Origin: an uncultured archaeon
GTDB taxonomy: Archaea; Asgardarchaeota; Lokiarchaeia; Sigyniarchaeales; SOKP01
NCBI GenBank assembly: GCA_964486045.1
Contig: CAZALK010000021.1
Coordinates: 1 to 64,000, forward strand
DNA: 64,000 bases
Direction: 5' to 3'
Under the pieces are notes generated by a model, which saw only the letters and a list, made by a program, of their open reading frames with translations, searched no databases and was not told the DNA's origin. Shown in pieces: positions 1-10,270 of the stretch; the stretch's first letter is position 1, and every line of letters begins with the position of its first letter. The translations under genes and the position numbers were made by a program.

Positions 1-54
1 ACTTTTTGTTCTTAATAGATTCGATTTGAGATATTAAAGTCCACTGATTATAAT

Positions 55-234
55 TTAATTCTTTCTTATCGTATCTATTTTTTTACGCTTTTTATGTTTC
101 TCATACATTCTAATATTAAATTCCATATTAGAGAAGACAATCTTAATCTTTTCAGCTTTGCTTAATCGTTTTTCATAATGATATTTGCTTAATTGTCTTT
201 CTACTAACTTTTTTGCATTGATGTTTAAACTCAT
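55..234 (-). CDS. Small basic hypothetical protein (59 aa, MSLNINAKKLVERQLSKYHYEKRL...), possibly frameshifted at an A7 run and continuing off the left edge
   Basis: Manual translation from ATG at 234 to TAA at 55. It is divergent from the ArdC-like gene, and another frame stays open to position 1 after the homopolymer. Confidence 0.35.
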   Translation of the reverse strand: MSLNINAKKLVERQLSKYHYEKRLSKAEKIKIVFSNMEFNIRMYEKHKKRKKIDTIRKN

Positions 235-383
235 AAGACAGTAAAAGAGTATAAGCTATAAGAATGAGAAGAGGCAAACAGTTTATTAATTCCAATTGGC
301 GAATCTATAATTTAAACGCATTACAATTATAATAAATCATAACCCCATTCACAAATATTAATGATAATTTATTTCTAATACTC

Positions 384-794
384 ATGATAGCACAAAGTAA
401 GACCAAAGGAAAAAGAACATTTACACTCCAACAAAAAGAACAATACAAGACAAAGAAGGAAGCACAGAAACAAGACCTTGAAGACCTCTACAAGCAATTC
501 ATGGAGAAAAAAACCATTAAAGATTTTATCGGAATTGTCGCAAATTACAAGCAAATGCACCAATATAGTCTAAAAAACACATGTTTAGTATTGGCTCAAG
601 CAGAAAGAAGAGGAGACAACAGATTTGTTGGAATTCTTAACGGATTTCAAAACTGGAAAAAACAAGACATACAAATCCTAAAAAACTCAAAATCGTATCA
701 AATTTTAATCCCGATGTTTAGAAAAGTTCTAAAAGAGACGCTTTCAAATTATGATCTTACAAAGTTATTTTATGGCTATGATCTTTTTGCTTGA
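384..794 (+). pseudogene. ArdC-like N-terminal ssDNA-binding domain protein, C-terminally truncated (mobile-element type)
   Basis: YSxxNxxLxxxQ...GFxxWKKxxxxIxKxxKxxxIxxP pattern of ArdC-N/DUF1738-like proteins. Similarity ends near 725, and the tail reads out of frame through the MFS gene. Confidence 0.6.
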
Positions 795-1797
795 AATCCC
801 CTCAGGAGCAATTGCAGATCATGTGGGCAGAAATATTGCATTAATTTTATCTGGGTTTTCCATTCTCAGTGCTGCTTTTACATATAGTATTACACCTAAT
901 GTTATTTTGTTTTTTCTAGCTGAAACATTGTGGGCGTTCGGTGCTGCTCTCTTCTCAGGAACAGATGAGGCTTTCCTTTTTAACACACTAAAAACAATGA
1001 ATAAAGAAGATAGCTTAGCTAAAACTTTAGGTAGAACCCAAACCATAAATTTAATTGCCCTAACAATATCTGCACCCCTTGGTTCAATTATAGCGGAATA
1101 CATTTCACTTCAGTTTACAATGGTTTGCCTAGGTTTTATATACACTGGAGGGTTTCTTGTCTCTCTAACTTTTAAAGAGCCTAAACTGGAAAATAAAAGA
1201 AAAAATAAGAGTTATTTATCAATTCTAAAAGATGGTTTTAGAGAATTAGCTACTAACAAGATACTAAGAATTTTATGCTTTGATAGGGTATTTATTGGGG
1301 TGTTAACTTATTTTCTATTTTGGACATACCAAATTTACCTTGGAAGTGTAGGGATCCCCATCTTGTGGTTTGGTTTTATTGCAGCATTATTAAATGTAAT
1401 AAATATGATTTTTACGATTTTAATTCCTATAATTATAAAACATTTTAAACACAAACTAATTCTTTTAATTTCTATAGATTCTTTAATCGGACTTGCATTC
1501 ATATTATTAGGACTCACTACAAATGCAATATTAGGTATTCTTTTATTATTATTAATTGTAGCATTTGGGTATCCAAGATTTTTAATTTACATAAATGGCA
1601 TCAATCGACAAATAGCTTCAGAAAATAGGGCAACAATTCTTAGTACTATCAACATGTTTGGAAGTTTTCTTATGGCAGTATCTTACCCATTTATAGGACT
1701 TTTAGTCGAATTAAATCCCTTTTTTGTGTTTATTTTGATTGGAGTTTTGATTCTTTTTTTCACAGCTTTAACACGCGTCAAAAGCGAATATCTATAG
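751..1797 (+). CDS. MFS transporter lacking its first transmembrane helix (probably 5'-truncated)
   Basis: EIPSGAIADHVGR (MFS motif A) only about 14 aa from the start, SGTDEAFLF, RATILS, many hydrophobic helices. In-frame TAA at 730-732 blocks any upstream extension. Confidence 0.85.
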   Translation: MILQSYFMAMIFLLEIPSGAIADHVGRNIALILSGFSILSAAFTYSITPNVILFFLAETLWAFGAALFSGTDEAFLFNTLKTMNKEDSLAKTLGRTQTINLIALTISAPLGSIIAEYISLQFTMVCLGFIYTGGFLVSLTFKEPKLENKRKNKSYLSILKDGFRELATNKILRILCFDRVFIGVLTYFLFWTYQIYLGSVGIPILWFGFIAALLNVINMIFTILIPIIIKHFKHKLILLISIDSLIGLAFILLGLTTNAILGILLLLLIVAFGYPRFLIYINGINRQIASENRATILSTINMFGSFLMAVSYPFIGLLVELNPFFVFILIGVLILFFTALTRVKSEYL

Positions 1798-1947
1798 AAG
1801 AGGTTATGAAATTTTCTGGAACTTTAGTTTCAAAACTTCCTTTCTATTAATAAAATTTTACATAAAAAGAAAATTTTTAATCATATCCATCAATTATACT
1901 AATATCCTAATCTAAAGATAGGATAAACAGAATTTGGTTGTTATAAT

Positions 1948-2520
1948 TTGACAGAAGAAGAAATTAATGAAGTCTTTTCTTTTATTAAGGGGGAAAGAAT
2001 CGATTTAGTAGCAAATAATTCTAAATGGATTAGTTTAATCTGTAAATGGCAAAATGATCCTATAGTACGTAGGTATTCTCGAAGTGTAATGCCACGAACA
2101 GTTGAAGAAATAAAGAAATGGTTTGATTCTCCTCCCGAAAGAGGTCAAAAAGATCACATAAATTTTGTAATTTATCATAAAAATGATAAATGTCCGATAG
2201 GTATTGCTGGATTTGGACGAATCAACTGGATAAACCGCAATGCAAATATTTATGGGACAATTGGGGAACCCGAATATTGGGGAAAAGGTATTATTGGTGA
2301 AGTTGCTAAATTAGTGATAAATTATGGATTTACTGAGTTAAACTTTCACAAAATATATGCAGGGATTTTTGATCCAAATAACAGGTCGCTTCGTGCTGCC
2401 GAAAAATTAGGTTTTAAAAAGGAAGCTGTTCTTAAAGAACAGACGTACGTTGATGGAGAATACGTCGATGAACATAAATTTGCATTATTCAAAAAGGATT
2501 GGAGAGAAAAAAACAAATAA
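1948..2520 (+). CDS. GNAT N-acetyltransferase, RimJ/RimL family
   Basis: YWGKGI, NNRSLRAAEKLGFKKEA motifs; TTG start. Confidence 0.9.
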   Translation: MTEEEINEVFSFIKGERIDLVANNSKWISLICKWQNDPIVRRYSRSVMPRTVEEIKKWFDSPPERGQKDHINFVIYHKNDKCPIGIAGFGRINWINRNANIYGTIGEPEYWGKGIIGEVAKLVINYGFTELNFHKIYAGIFDPNNRSLRAAEKLGFKKEAVLKEQTYVDGEYVDEHKFALFKKDWREKNK

Positions 2521-2564
2521 CTGCTAAAATGAACTCCAAAATCATTGGGTTTTTTCGAAGTACT

Positions 2565-2999
2565 TTAATATCCTATTAATGAGGTTAATTTCTCATATTG
2601 TTCTCCTCCAGAACCCTTTCCTTTCTTGAACTCAAAAAGCTCCAAGAGGACATTATCTGGAGCAACAGCCATAACGTATTTCAGGTATCCCAAATTGCTA
2701 ACGGGTTTTCTGAACTCGAAACCTTTTGATTTCATATGAGATATAAGTGCGTCGATATCGTCTGTTTCGATCCCTAAGTGATGCACGGGGCCACGAGTCT
2801 TGTCTTTAGGAGGCTGGTCGTAAAAATTTATTTTTGACGAACCAATAGCGATCATCACGTTTCGAGCTCCTCCAACGTTTAGATCGAAGATGACATCAGC
2901 TCCAAACATTTCCTGGTAAAAACTTATGCTTTCGTCTAAATTAGAAGCAAAAAGATGGGCGTGATGTATGCTAACTTTCATGCTGTCTCTTAGTAACAT
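2565..2999 (-). CDS. VOC (glyoxalase/bleomycin-resistance) family protein
   Basis: IHHAHL, SISFYQEMFG, VHHLGIETDDID, APDNVLLELFE; likely start at the second Met (MKVSIHH). Confidence 0.88.
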   Translation of the reverse strand: MLLRDSMKVSIHHAHLFASNLDESISFYQEMFGADVIFDLNVGGARNVMIAIGSSKINFYDQPPKDKTRGPVHHLGIETDDIDALISHMKSKGFEFRKPVSNLGYLKYVMAVAPDNVLLELFEFKKGKGSGGEQYEKLTSLIGY

Positions 3000-3127
3000 T
3001 ATTTTAGAAGCAATTAGATAAATACATGAACCTATAAATATATAATTTACATTTTGATATAGAAAAGGGATTTTAAAAAGTATAATAAAGCTTTTGTAAT
3101 TCTAATCTAATAACCTCATATTACATA

Positions 3128-3910
3128 ATGAATTGCTTATCAAATGAGTTCACCATCGGAAATTACGAAAATATATATGAAGATGCCAAAAAAGATCCAA
3201 ATATTGTAGGATTTTTCTTAGGTGGTTCTAGAGGAAAAGACTTCCAAACCAGGTTTTCAGATTACGATACGTATATAATCGTTAAAGATAGTGTTGTTAA
3301 AGAGTTTAAAGAAAGATATCCCTTTCGAAAATATGAAGGTATAGATCTAATTGTATTCTCGTTTTCTGATTTTAAGAAATATGCTCCATGGGGAAGCCCT
3401 GATGCCTGGGATAGATATAGTTTCTCTCATGTGAAAACATTAATTGATAAAACTGGTAAAGTACAAGAACTAATAGATGAAATGGCAAAAGTGCCGAGAA
3501 AATACCTCTCAAAATTCATAGGTGGAGCATTAGATGGGTATATAAACTTCCTTTATCGTTCTTTAAAATGTATTCGGGATGGAAATATTGAAGCAGCCCG
3601 TTTAGAAGCAGCTTTATCCATACCGGCTTTACTTGATGTAATTTTTTCTATACATAATGGTAGATTAAGGCCCTACTATAAATATCTTAAATGGGAACTA
3701 GAGAAATTCCCTCTAACTAAAATTCCTTTGACCCCCAAAGAAATTGTTAATAATTTAATGAAAATTTTAGAGAATGCTGATTACACAACTCAACAGAAGT
3801 TCCTTAATATTACTGAGGATGCCCTTAGAAAAGAAGGATTTGGGAAAGTGTTTGAAAGTTGGGGAGACGATTTCCATTGGATGAAATTTTTTAAACCTTT
3901 AAAAGAGTAA
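3128..3910 (+). CDS. Pol-beta-type nucleotidyltransferase domain protein with helical C-terminal domain
   Basis: LGGSRGK...SDYD (GS..DxD) signature, later IDL and RPYYKYL. Confidence 0.8.
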   Translation: MNCLSNEFTIGNYENIYEDAKKDPNIVGFFLGGSRGKDFQTRFSDYDTYIIVKDSVVKEFKERYPFRKYEGIDLIVFSFSDFKKYAPWGSPDAWDRYSFSHVKTLIDKTGKVQELIDEMAKVPRKYLSKFIGGALDGYINFLYRSLKCIRDGNIEAARLEAALSIPALLDVIFSIHNGRLRPYYKYLKWELEKFPLTKIPLTPKEIVNNLMKILENADYTTQQKFLNITEDALRKEGFGKVFESWGDDFHWMKFFKPLKE

Positions 3911-3914
3911 TAAG

Positions 3915-4019
3915 CAGGCCCGGGGGGAATTGTTCAGGAAATGCGAAGTACATTTCATATTGAACCCCCGATCTTCAGCTTAGGAGGCTGCCGCCCTATC
4001 CGGACTAGGCCACGGGCCT
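3915..4019 (-). tRNA. tRNA-Arg (anticodon CCT) with a 30-nt intron in the T-loop; CCA not encoded
   Basis: Acceptor stem AGGCCCG/CGGGCCT, anticodon arm CAGC-CTCCTAA-GCTG, T-stem GGGGG/CCCCC. Removing 3930-3959 gives T-loop TTCAATT and a 75-nt tRNA. Confidence 0.95.
3930..3959 (-). other. BHB tRNA intron at non-canonical position 58/59
   Basis: Central helix GTTC/GAAC, two AAT bulges cut after the second base, internal hairpin GAAATG/CATTTC. Confidence 0.9.
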
Positions 4020-4028
4020 TATTAATAT

Positions 4029-4184
4029 TTATAGGTTGAGCTTACTTCTATAGAACGCAACTCCACATATTGGACAAAAGTATTTATCATTAATTATGAT
4101 TGCCTTGTTAAGAGGTATTTTCAATTGACAGTTCATAACGCAACATGTTACTTCTCTTTGTTCTCCCTTTTCCTCATTCGACAA
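4029..4184 (-). CDS. Small zinc-finger-like protein (51 aa), not in ORF track
   Basis: Manual translation from TTG: MSNEEKGEQREVTCCVMNCQLKIPLNKAIIINDKYFCPICGVAFYRSKLNL. Has a CCxxxC...CPIC Cys pattern and ends 9 nt before the tRNA. Confidence 0.7.
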   Translation of the reverse strand: MSNEEKGEQREVTCCVMNCQLKIPLNKAIIINDKYFCPICGVAFYRSKLNL

Positions 4185-4440
4185 TTTAATCGTTTATTTT
4201 TATATGAGTTTTTGTGTATTGGATTTTAAAAGTAATATCATTTTTATTAATTTTTTGATTAAAAGTAAATCGTTGCTTCTATATTCGTAAACTAAAAGAG
4301 AAAATTTCATTGTAATCCTTAATTGTCTAGAAAACCCAATCCCGAATTGAACTTATTCTAATAAATTTGAGACTCAACTATTTATTAATTCCTAAGTCAA
4401 TAAACTAATATAAAAGAAAGTAAATAATCGTCCATATTTG

Positions 4441-4704
4441 CTAGCTGCTTTCCGCGAGGTTCAGAAATATTACGTTATCTCCACGAACAACTATGCTTCC
4501 TAATTCCTCATGTTCTTCGCGGATATTACCTTCTTCGTCTTGATATTCAAAAAGTTGGCTACTCTCTTCCAAGTAAAGGTTTAGGTGTTCATCGAAGCCA
4601 GCTAATATACCCCTCAAGAGCCTATTACGTTTAACCTTTATGAGAATTACCTTATTAATTGAAGATTTCAAATAGTCTATTGGTCTATTCGGACGTCTTT
4701 CCAT
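4441..4704 (-). CDS. Sm-like archaeal protein (SmAP/Lsm)
   Basis: Sm1 motif GILAGFDEHLNLYL and Sm2 motif IVVRGDNVIF. Confidence 0.95.
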   Translation of the reverse strand: MERRPNRPIDYLKSSINKVILIKVKRNRLLRGILAGFDEHLNLYLEESSQLFEYQDEEGNIREEHEELGSIVVRGDNVIFLNLAESS

Positions 4705-4957
4705 ATTAAAAACTCGAAAAAAGAATTTTAAAAATAAACTTTTATAACTAGAATTAAAAACAATCTGAATTAAAACCTTTCTAGATTAAAAAGCTAATTT
4801 AGATTCGAGTGTAAAATTAGTTGATAATAATTATTTAATAATTTTCATAGAGAAGATCCTAAAAAATATACTTTTAAATCACTAATAGTTTGTTATTATA
4901 GAAGAGTAATTGATGTTTTTTATCCAAAGATTAATATTTTGAAAGAGTTCTACAAAA

Positions 4958-7054
4958 TTGAATCCTGAAAATAAAGAAAATACCAGTCAATCATTAATTA
5001 TCAATCCAAATTTAGGGCGTCCCGTATTTTTAACAATTGATCCTAGTTTAAAAACGAAGGAATTTCAAACAGAGATACTTATTATTAGCAATGTAAAGGA
5101 TCCAAAAGAAATAGAAATTAAAATAAAAGGAAAAATAAAGCTGGTTCCAGTTTTAGATTATATATGGAAATTCAGAAATATATTTAAAAAAAAAGAACTA
5201 GAAATCTTTGATGATTTGAAAAAAAAGAATTTCTGGACTAGAAGAAAGGAGAAGAAACTAGAGAGAAAGAAGTTAAAAGTTATTGAAAAGGAAACGAAAG
5301 ATGATGAGGAGTTTTATGAATTCAAATTTTCTGATGTGAACTACCAATTAAAAAAATTGAGTTCTCACCCCTTTCGAGGAAAGCCCATTAATACATCCAA
5401 TACTAGAATTGAAGTAGTTACAATAATCCCAATTTCTGAAGTCTCTTATTTAGATGGTCTTAGCCCGCAGGACCATATTTTAAAATATCAAATTTTTGAG
5501 AACCTTAGCACTTTCTATAGAGTTATAATCAAGTTTTCAATTAGCAAAGATGTAAAAAATTTTCTGAATGATAGAAATTTTGTTATGTTTGATTTATCCC
5601 TCTCACAAGAAAGAATAAATTATCACTCAATTGTGATTTCCAAACAAAAATGGGAAAATTTTCAATTTATCCATGCGACTGATTTACATTTAGCAGATAG
5701 AAATGATAGAATTTATAATATCGTTAAAAATTGGACAGAATCATCAATTAAGAGAAGCGTAGATGATTTTGTAAGTACAGTCGTTAAAAAATTAAAACTA
5801 AAACAGAAAAGCAAGAACAAAGATCAATCTTTATCTGAAATGAAAATTCCATTAAGAAAGCGTTTGATAAATCCAAATAACCAATTTAGAAAGTTTATCA
5901 AGTTAATGAACAAAAAAGTGTTTAAAAATGAGTTAGATTTTATCGTTTTAACCGGCGATCTAGTTGATTATACCGTTTTAAGTAAATTCTCAAAAAAAGC
6001 TCGAAAATTAAATCAATTTAAATATGAAGAATCTAATTGGAAAATCTTTAAGGATATAATTATTAATTCCAAATCTCAAAAGAATATAAAAGGAATAAAG
6101 AAGGGAAAAGAATTGCTCTGTCCGATATTCACTATAGTAGGGAATCATGATTATAGACCTTATCATTATGATCTTACTTGGGCGGAAATGTATAAAAAAA
6201 TTGGATTGAATTCAGCTGAAGCCCTTGCTTTAAATGAACTTTTTTCGGCCTCTCCTATAACTGCTATAATTAAATCTACTTCTGCCCTTAAAGGTTATTT
6301 AGCTGAAATTAATCCCTCTTTTGATTTTTCATTAAGACTCGGTGATAACAATTTTATTTTTTTAAATTCAGGCTCGGATTCTTTTAAAAACCTCAGAGAC
6401 TTAATCAGAGGTCATCCTTCTGTAACAGGTTTAGCTGGCAAACAAATAAAATATTTAGAAAACCTCATAAATCATAAAATCAAAGATAATTCCAATACCT
6501 TTTTATTTTTACATGGTCCTCCAATAAATACTGGGGCAAAAAAAATAAGAATTAACATCTTTGAAAAAAAAGGGCGAAGATTCATAAAAGAAAAAATTGA
6601 GGATTTTAAGGAATCGTTACTTCGTAAATTAGGACAACCTTCTTCTAAAGCCAGGTTAGATAAATCTTTTAATGTAAAGTATGGGACAGTTTCATCAAAT
6701 TGGGAGAAAATCATAAAATTTTGTAAAGATTATTCTACACTTGTATTATCTGGACACACACATATGCTACGAGAATTTAGATTAGAAGATCCCATAATTA
6801 AAACGAGAGTCTATGATTCTCCTCCATTTAGCTTGAAGAAAATAGAAAATCCTGCAGCGGTCTATTATGATAACTATTCCGAACTCTATACTGATGCTGA
6901 AAGCATAGAAAAATACGGACCTTTTGTAGTTCAGACTCCTGCTTTAGGATTAGGCGGATATAATAATCCAAACACAGCGGGAGCATACAGGGAAGTGATT
7001 GTTAAAGATGGAAAATTGCACTCATTCAAGGTAAAATATATAAATCGAGAATAA
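4958..7054 (+). CDS. Calcineurin-like metallophosphoesterase with long N-terminal region and Lys-rich insertions
   Basis: All five motifs in order: TDLH, TGDLVD, GNHD, LHGP, GHTH. Confidence 0.85.
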   Translation: MNPENKENTSQSLIINPNLGRPVFLTIDPSLKTKEFQTEILIISNVKDPKEIEIKIKGKIKLVPVLDYIWKFRNIFKKKELEIFDDLKKKNFWTRRKEKKLERKKLKVIEKETKDDEEFYEFKFSDVNYQLKKLSSHPFRGKPINTSNTRIEVVTIIPISEVSYLDGLSPQDHILKYQIFENLSTFYRVIIKFSISKDVKNFLNDRNFVMFDLSLSQERINYHSIVISKQKWENFQFIHATDLHLADRNDRIYNIVKNWTESSIKRSVDDFVSTVVKKLKLKQKSKNKDQSLSEMKIPLRKRLINPNNQFRKFIKLMNKKVFKNELDFIVLTGDLVDYTVLSKFSKKARKLNQFKYEESNWKIFKDIIINSKSQKNIKGIKKGKELLCPIFTIVGNHDYRPYHYDLTWAEMYKKIGLNSAEALALNELFSASPITAIIKSTSALKGYLAEINPSFDFSLRLGDNNFIFLNSGSDSFKNLRDLIRGHPSVTGLAGKQIKYLENLINHKIKDNSNTFLFLHGPPINTGAKKIRINIFEKKGRRFIKEKIEDFKESLLRKLGQPSSKARLDKSFNVKYGTVSSNWEKIIKFCKDYSTLVLSGHTHMLREFRLEDPIIKTRVYDSPPFSLKKIENPAAVYYDNYSELYTDAESIEKYGPFVVQTPALGLGGYNNPNTAGAYREVIVKDGKLHSFKVKYINRE

Positions 7055-7164
7055 TGAGGGCAGAACTCTAATCTTTGGTACAACATTTATGATTTTTCTT
7101 TAAAATTTTTGGTTTAAATAACTATGAATAAAACCCAAATTTCGATGAAAGATTTATATCTCAT

Positions 7165-8646
7165 TTATTGATGGAAGGGTCTTCCTTTTTTATGAATTGA
7201 TTTACCCACAACTGCTTCACTTCCTTCAAGAACCATTTCTGATATTGTAGGATGGCTGTGTATAGTTTCTGATATGTCATGGATGGTTAAACCATGCTTT
7301 ATTGCTAAAGTAAGCTCAGCAATTAGCTCAGAAGCTTCAACACCAATACAAGAAGCCCCAATAATTCTAAACGTCTCTTTTTCAGCCAAAATAATTATGA
7401 ATCCTTCATCCTCACCCATACACTTAGCTTTTCCAAGAGATTTATATGGAAATTGCCCCATCAATACATCTATTCCGCGATCTTTCGCTATTTTCCTTCT
7501 TAATCCAACAGATCCGATATTAGGAGATGTAAAAATAGTTGAAGGGACTACCTTATAATTAGTTTCGGTTTTTTTTACAGGAAAACCCCCTATGCTAGAA
7601 AGAGCATTAGCCACTGCTACATCTGCTTCATAATATGCCACATGAGCCAGCATTAAACCACCAGTAACATCCCCTATTGCATAAATTCCCGGAACAACGG
7701 TCTCTAAACTATGTGAGTCGCATTTAATTGCCCCTCGTTGAGTTTCAATATTTAAATCTTCTAATCCTAGGTTTTTTGAATCTTTGTCTCTCCCTATAGA
7801 AACTAAGCAATAATCTGCTTCAAATGTAAATTTTTCTTTATTTTCACTTTGGTCTCTAGGAATAGAAGAAGAGATAGTGGTTACCCTTACTTTTGAACCA
7901 TTATTTTCTACAGAGAGGACATTTTGAGATGTCTTTAACTCCACTCCCATGGTAATAAATTTCTTTAGTAGTTCTTTGACAATAATTGGTTCCTCTGTAG
8001 CTATCGGAGATGATAAGTATTCAAGCATTGTTACTTTACACCCAAATGACGCAAAAATGTTTGCAAATTCACATCCGATAACTCCTGCTCCTATAATTAT
8101 TAGTTTTTCAGGCATAATTGTAAAGTTTGGATTTAAAATATCATCACTCGTTAAAATCCTATCATGATCAATATTAAAAGCAGGTATTAATGCTGGAGAC
8201 GAACCTGTTGCTAAGATTACTCTTTTTGCTTTAATTGTTTGATTCTCTGTCCCCTCAATTGAGATTTCAAATCCTATACTATTATTTCCTCCTACTACTT
8301 TGCCATGCCCATAAAAAAGATCATTTCTCCAGGCTTTTTCTAGAGCCTCAATTCCACCTACTAATTCCTCAACAACTCTATTTTTTCGTTCTACAGCTTT
8401 TTTAAAATTAAGCTTATAGTCTTCAAATTCTATTCCAAACTTATCAAAGTCTTTAATTCGTTCAATAGATTTTACGGATGCAAATAATGCTTTAGTAGGG
8501 ATACACCCACGATTTAAACATGTTCCCCCTAATTTTTTTTTCTCTATTAAAGCAACCTTAGCTCCGTATTGAGCTGCTCTTATGGCCGCATGGTAACCAC
8601 CAGGACCCGCTCCAATAATACCTAGATCATAAAAAATCTCAGACAT
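7165..8646 (-). CDS. lpdA: Dihydrolipoyl dehydrogenase
   Basis: GAGPGGY, GGTCLNRGCIP redox disulfide, GAGVIG, HPTISE. Confidence 0.95.
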   Translation of the reverse strand: MSEIFYDLGIIGAGPGGYHAAIRAAQYGAKVALIEKKKLGGTCLNRGCIPTKALFASVKSIERIKDFDKFGIEFEDYKLNFKKAVERKNRVVEELVGGIEALEKAWRNDLFYGHGKVVGGNNSIGFEISIEGTENQTIKAKRVILATGSSPALIPAFNIDHDRILTSDDILNPNFTIMPEKLIIIGAGVIGCEFANIFASFGCKVTMLEYLSSPIATEEPIIVKELLKKFITMGVELKTSQNVLSVENNGSKVRVTTISSSIPRDQSENKEKFTFEADYCLVSIGRDKDSKNLGLEDLNIETQRGAIKCDSHSLETVVPGIYAIGDVTGGLMLAHVAYYEADVAVANALSSIGGFPVKKTETNYKVVPSTIFTSPNIGSVGLRRKIAKDRGIDVLMGQFPYKSLGKAKCMGEDEGFIIILAEKETFRIIGASCIGVEASELIAELTLAIKHGLTIHDISETIHSHPTISEMVLEGSEAVVGKSIHKKGRPFHQ

Positions 8647-8807
8647 TTTAGTTTCTTTCTTGTTTATAATCTGATTTGAAATGTTGAATCATGTTAAAGA
8701 TGTAAATAGTTCAATATGTAATAAATTTAATCACACAAAATTATAAAACTCAATAAAAACTTTCTTAATATTGTATTTTCAAATCGAAATGAAATATTAG
8801 AATCTCT

Positions 8808-10238
8808 GTGTTTTTATTGTTTATAAAAAATGTTTCTAAACTATTAAGAAAAGATTTAGACGAAGAAAAAATTAACTTAAGAAAGTTAGCAATAGAAGCG
8901 ATTGAGAAGGCTATTAATTCAGTTAACCCTCAACGCTTAATTGAAAAATCAATAAGCATCCAAAATAACATATTAACAATCCAAGATGATGATTATGATC
9001 TCAAAAAATTTAAAAAGATTTCCTTTATTGGAGGGGGAAAGGCAACTGCTGAAATGGCATTTTCTCTAGAGAAAATCCTATTAAACTATTCAGATATAGT
9101 TTATGATGGAATAATTAACGTTCCAAAAGGGACAGTAAAATCTGAACTAATAGAGAAGAGTAAAATAAAAATAAATTATGCTTCTCATCCTGTTCCTGAT
9201 ATATACGGATTGAAAGGAACAAAATTGATGATAGATATTATTGAATCATCAGATAAAGATGATTTGATTATTATATTAATCTCTGGTGGAGGATCTGCTC
9301 TATTACCTCTACCAAAACAAAGTATTAGTCTTCAAGATTTGCAGTTGGTTAATTCTCTTCTTTTAGCAAGTGGTGCATCTATTCACGAAATCAATGCCGT
9401 CCGTAAACATTTATCTGATTTTAAAGGTGGCAATCTTGCTAAAAAAGTCTATAATGCAAGTAACGCAACCTTAATTTCTCTAATTATCTCAGATGTTGTT
9501 AAAGATAAATTAGATACTATCGCGTCTGGACCTTCTGTGCCAGATACTACTACTTTTAGTGATGCCATAGAAATTCTTAAGAACTATAGTATTTATGAGA
9601 AAATTCCCATTTCGGTCATAAACTTTTTGGAAGAGGGTTTGCTAGGACATAATCTAGAAACCCCCAAACTTAATAATGTGTGTTTTAATAAGGTTCATAA
9701 CTATATAGTAGGTAGCGTTAAGACTGCTGTAGAAGAAGTCGTCTCCTTCTTGGATACGCAAGGATTTGAACCATTTTATTTTTCGAGTGAAATAGTTGGA
9801 GAAGCAGAAATATTTGGAAAATCGTTGTTTAATACTATATCTCAAAAATTGAAGGAAACTTCCAAAGGAAACACTCCTAGTAAATTTGCCTTAATCGGGA
9901 CTGGAGAATTAACTGTAACAATTAAAGGTAAAGGTATTGGGGGTAGGAATCAAGAAATGTTGTTAGGGTTTTTAGACGTTATAAAGGAACGGGAACTCCC
10001 TTTTGATTTTTTGATTATGGGCGCCAATCTTGATGGCATTGAAGGAAATAGCGAAGCAATGGGTGCTCTTATTGACAACTTCGTGCTAACTCAAATTAAA
10101 AAAAACAATATTAATATAAGTAACTACCTGGAAAATAATAATTCGAATAGTTTTTTTAAACTTGTTGAAACTGAAATAGTGACTGGACCAACAGGATGTA
10201 ACGTAAACGATTTGCTCATAATTTTACTACAATTTTAA
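8808..10238 (+). CDS. Glycerate 2-kinase (DUF4147/MOFRL family)
   Basis: GGGKA, ASHPVP, LISGGGSAL, IASGP, GGRNQE, TGPTGCNVND. Confidence 0.92.
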   Translation: MFLLFIKNVSKLLRKDLDEEKINLRKLAIEAIEKAINSVNPQRLIEKSISIQNNILTIQDDDYDLKKFKKISFIGGGKATAEMAFSLEKILLNYSDIVYDGIINVPKGTVKSELIEKSKIKINYASHPVPDIYGLKGTKLMIDIIESSDKDDLIIILISGGGSALLPLPKQSISLQDLQLVNSLLLASGASIHEINAVRKHLSDFKGGNLAKKVYNASNATLISLIISDVVKDKLDTIASGPSVPDTTTFSDAIEILKNYSIYEKIPISVINFLEEGLLGHNLETPKLNNVCFNKVHNYIVGSVKTAVEEVVSFLDTQGFEPFYFSSEIVGEAEIFGKSLFNTISQKLKETSKGNTPSKFALIGTGELTVTIKGKGIGGRNQEMLLGFLDVIKERELPFDFLIMGANLDGIEGNSEAMGALIDNFVLTQIKKNNINISNYLENNNSNSFFKLVETEIVTGPTGCNVNDLLIILLQF

Positions 10239-10270
10239 ATATTATTACTAATTTTTACACAGAAAAGTAA

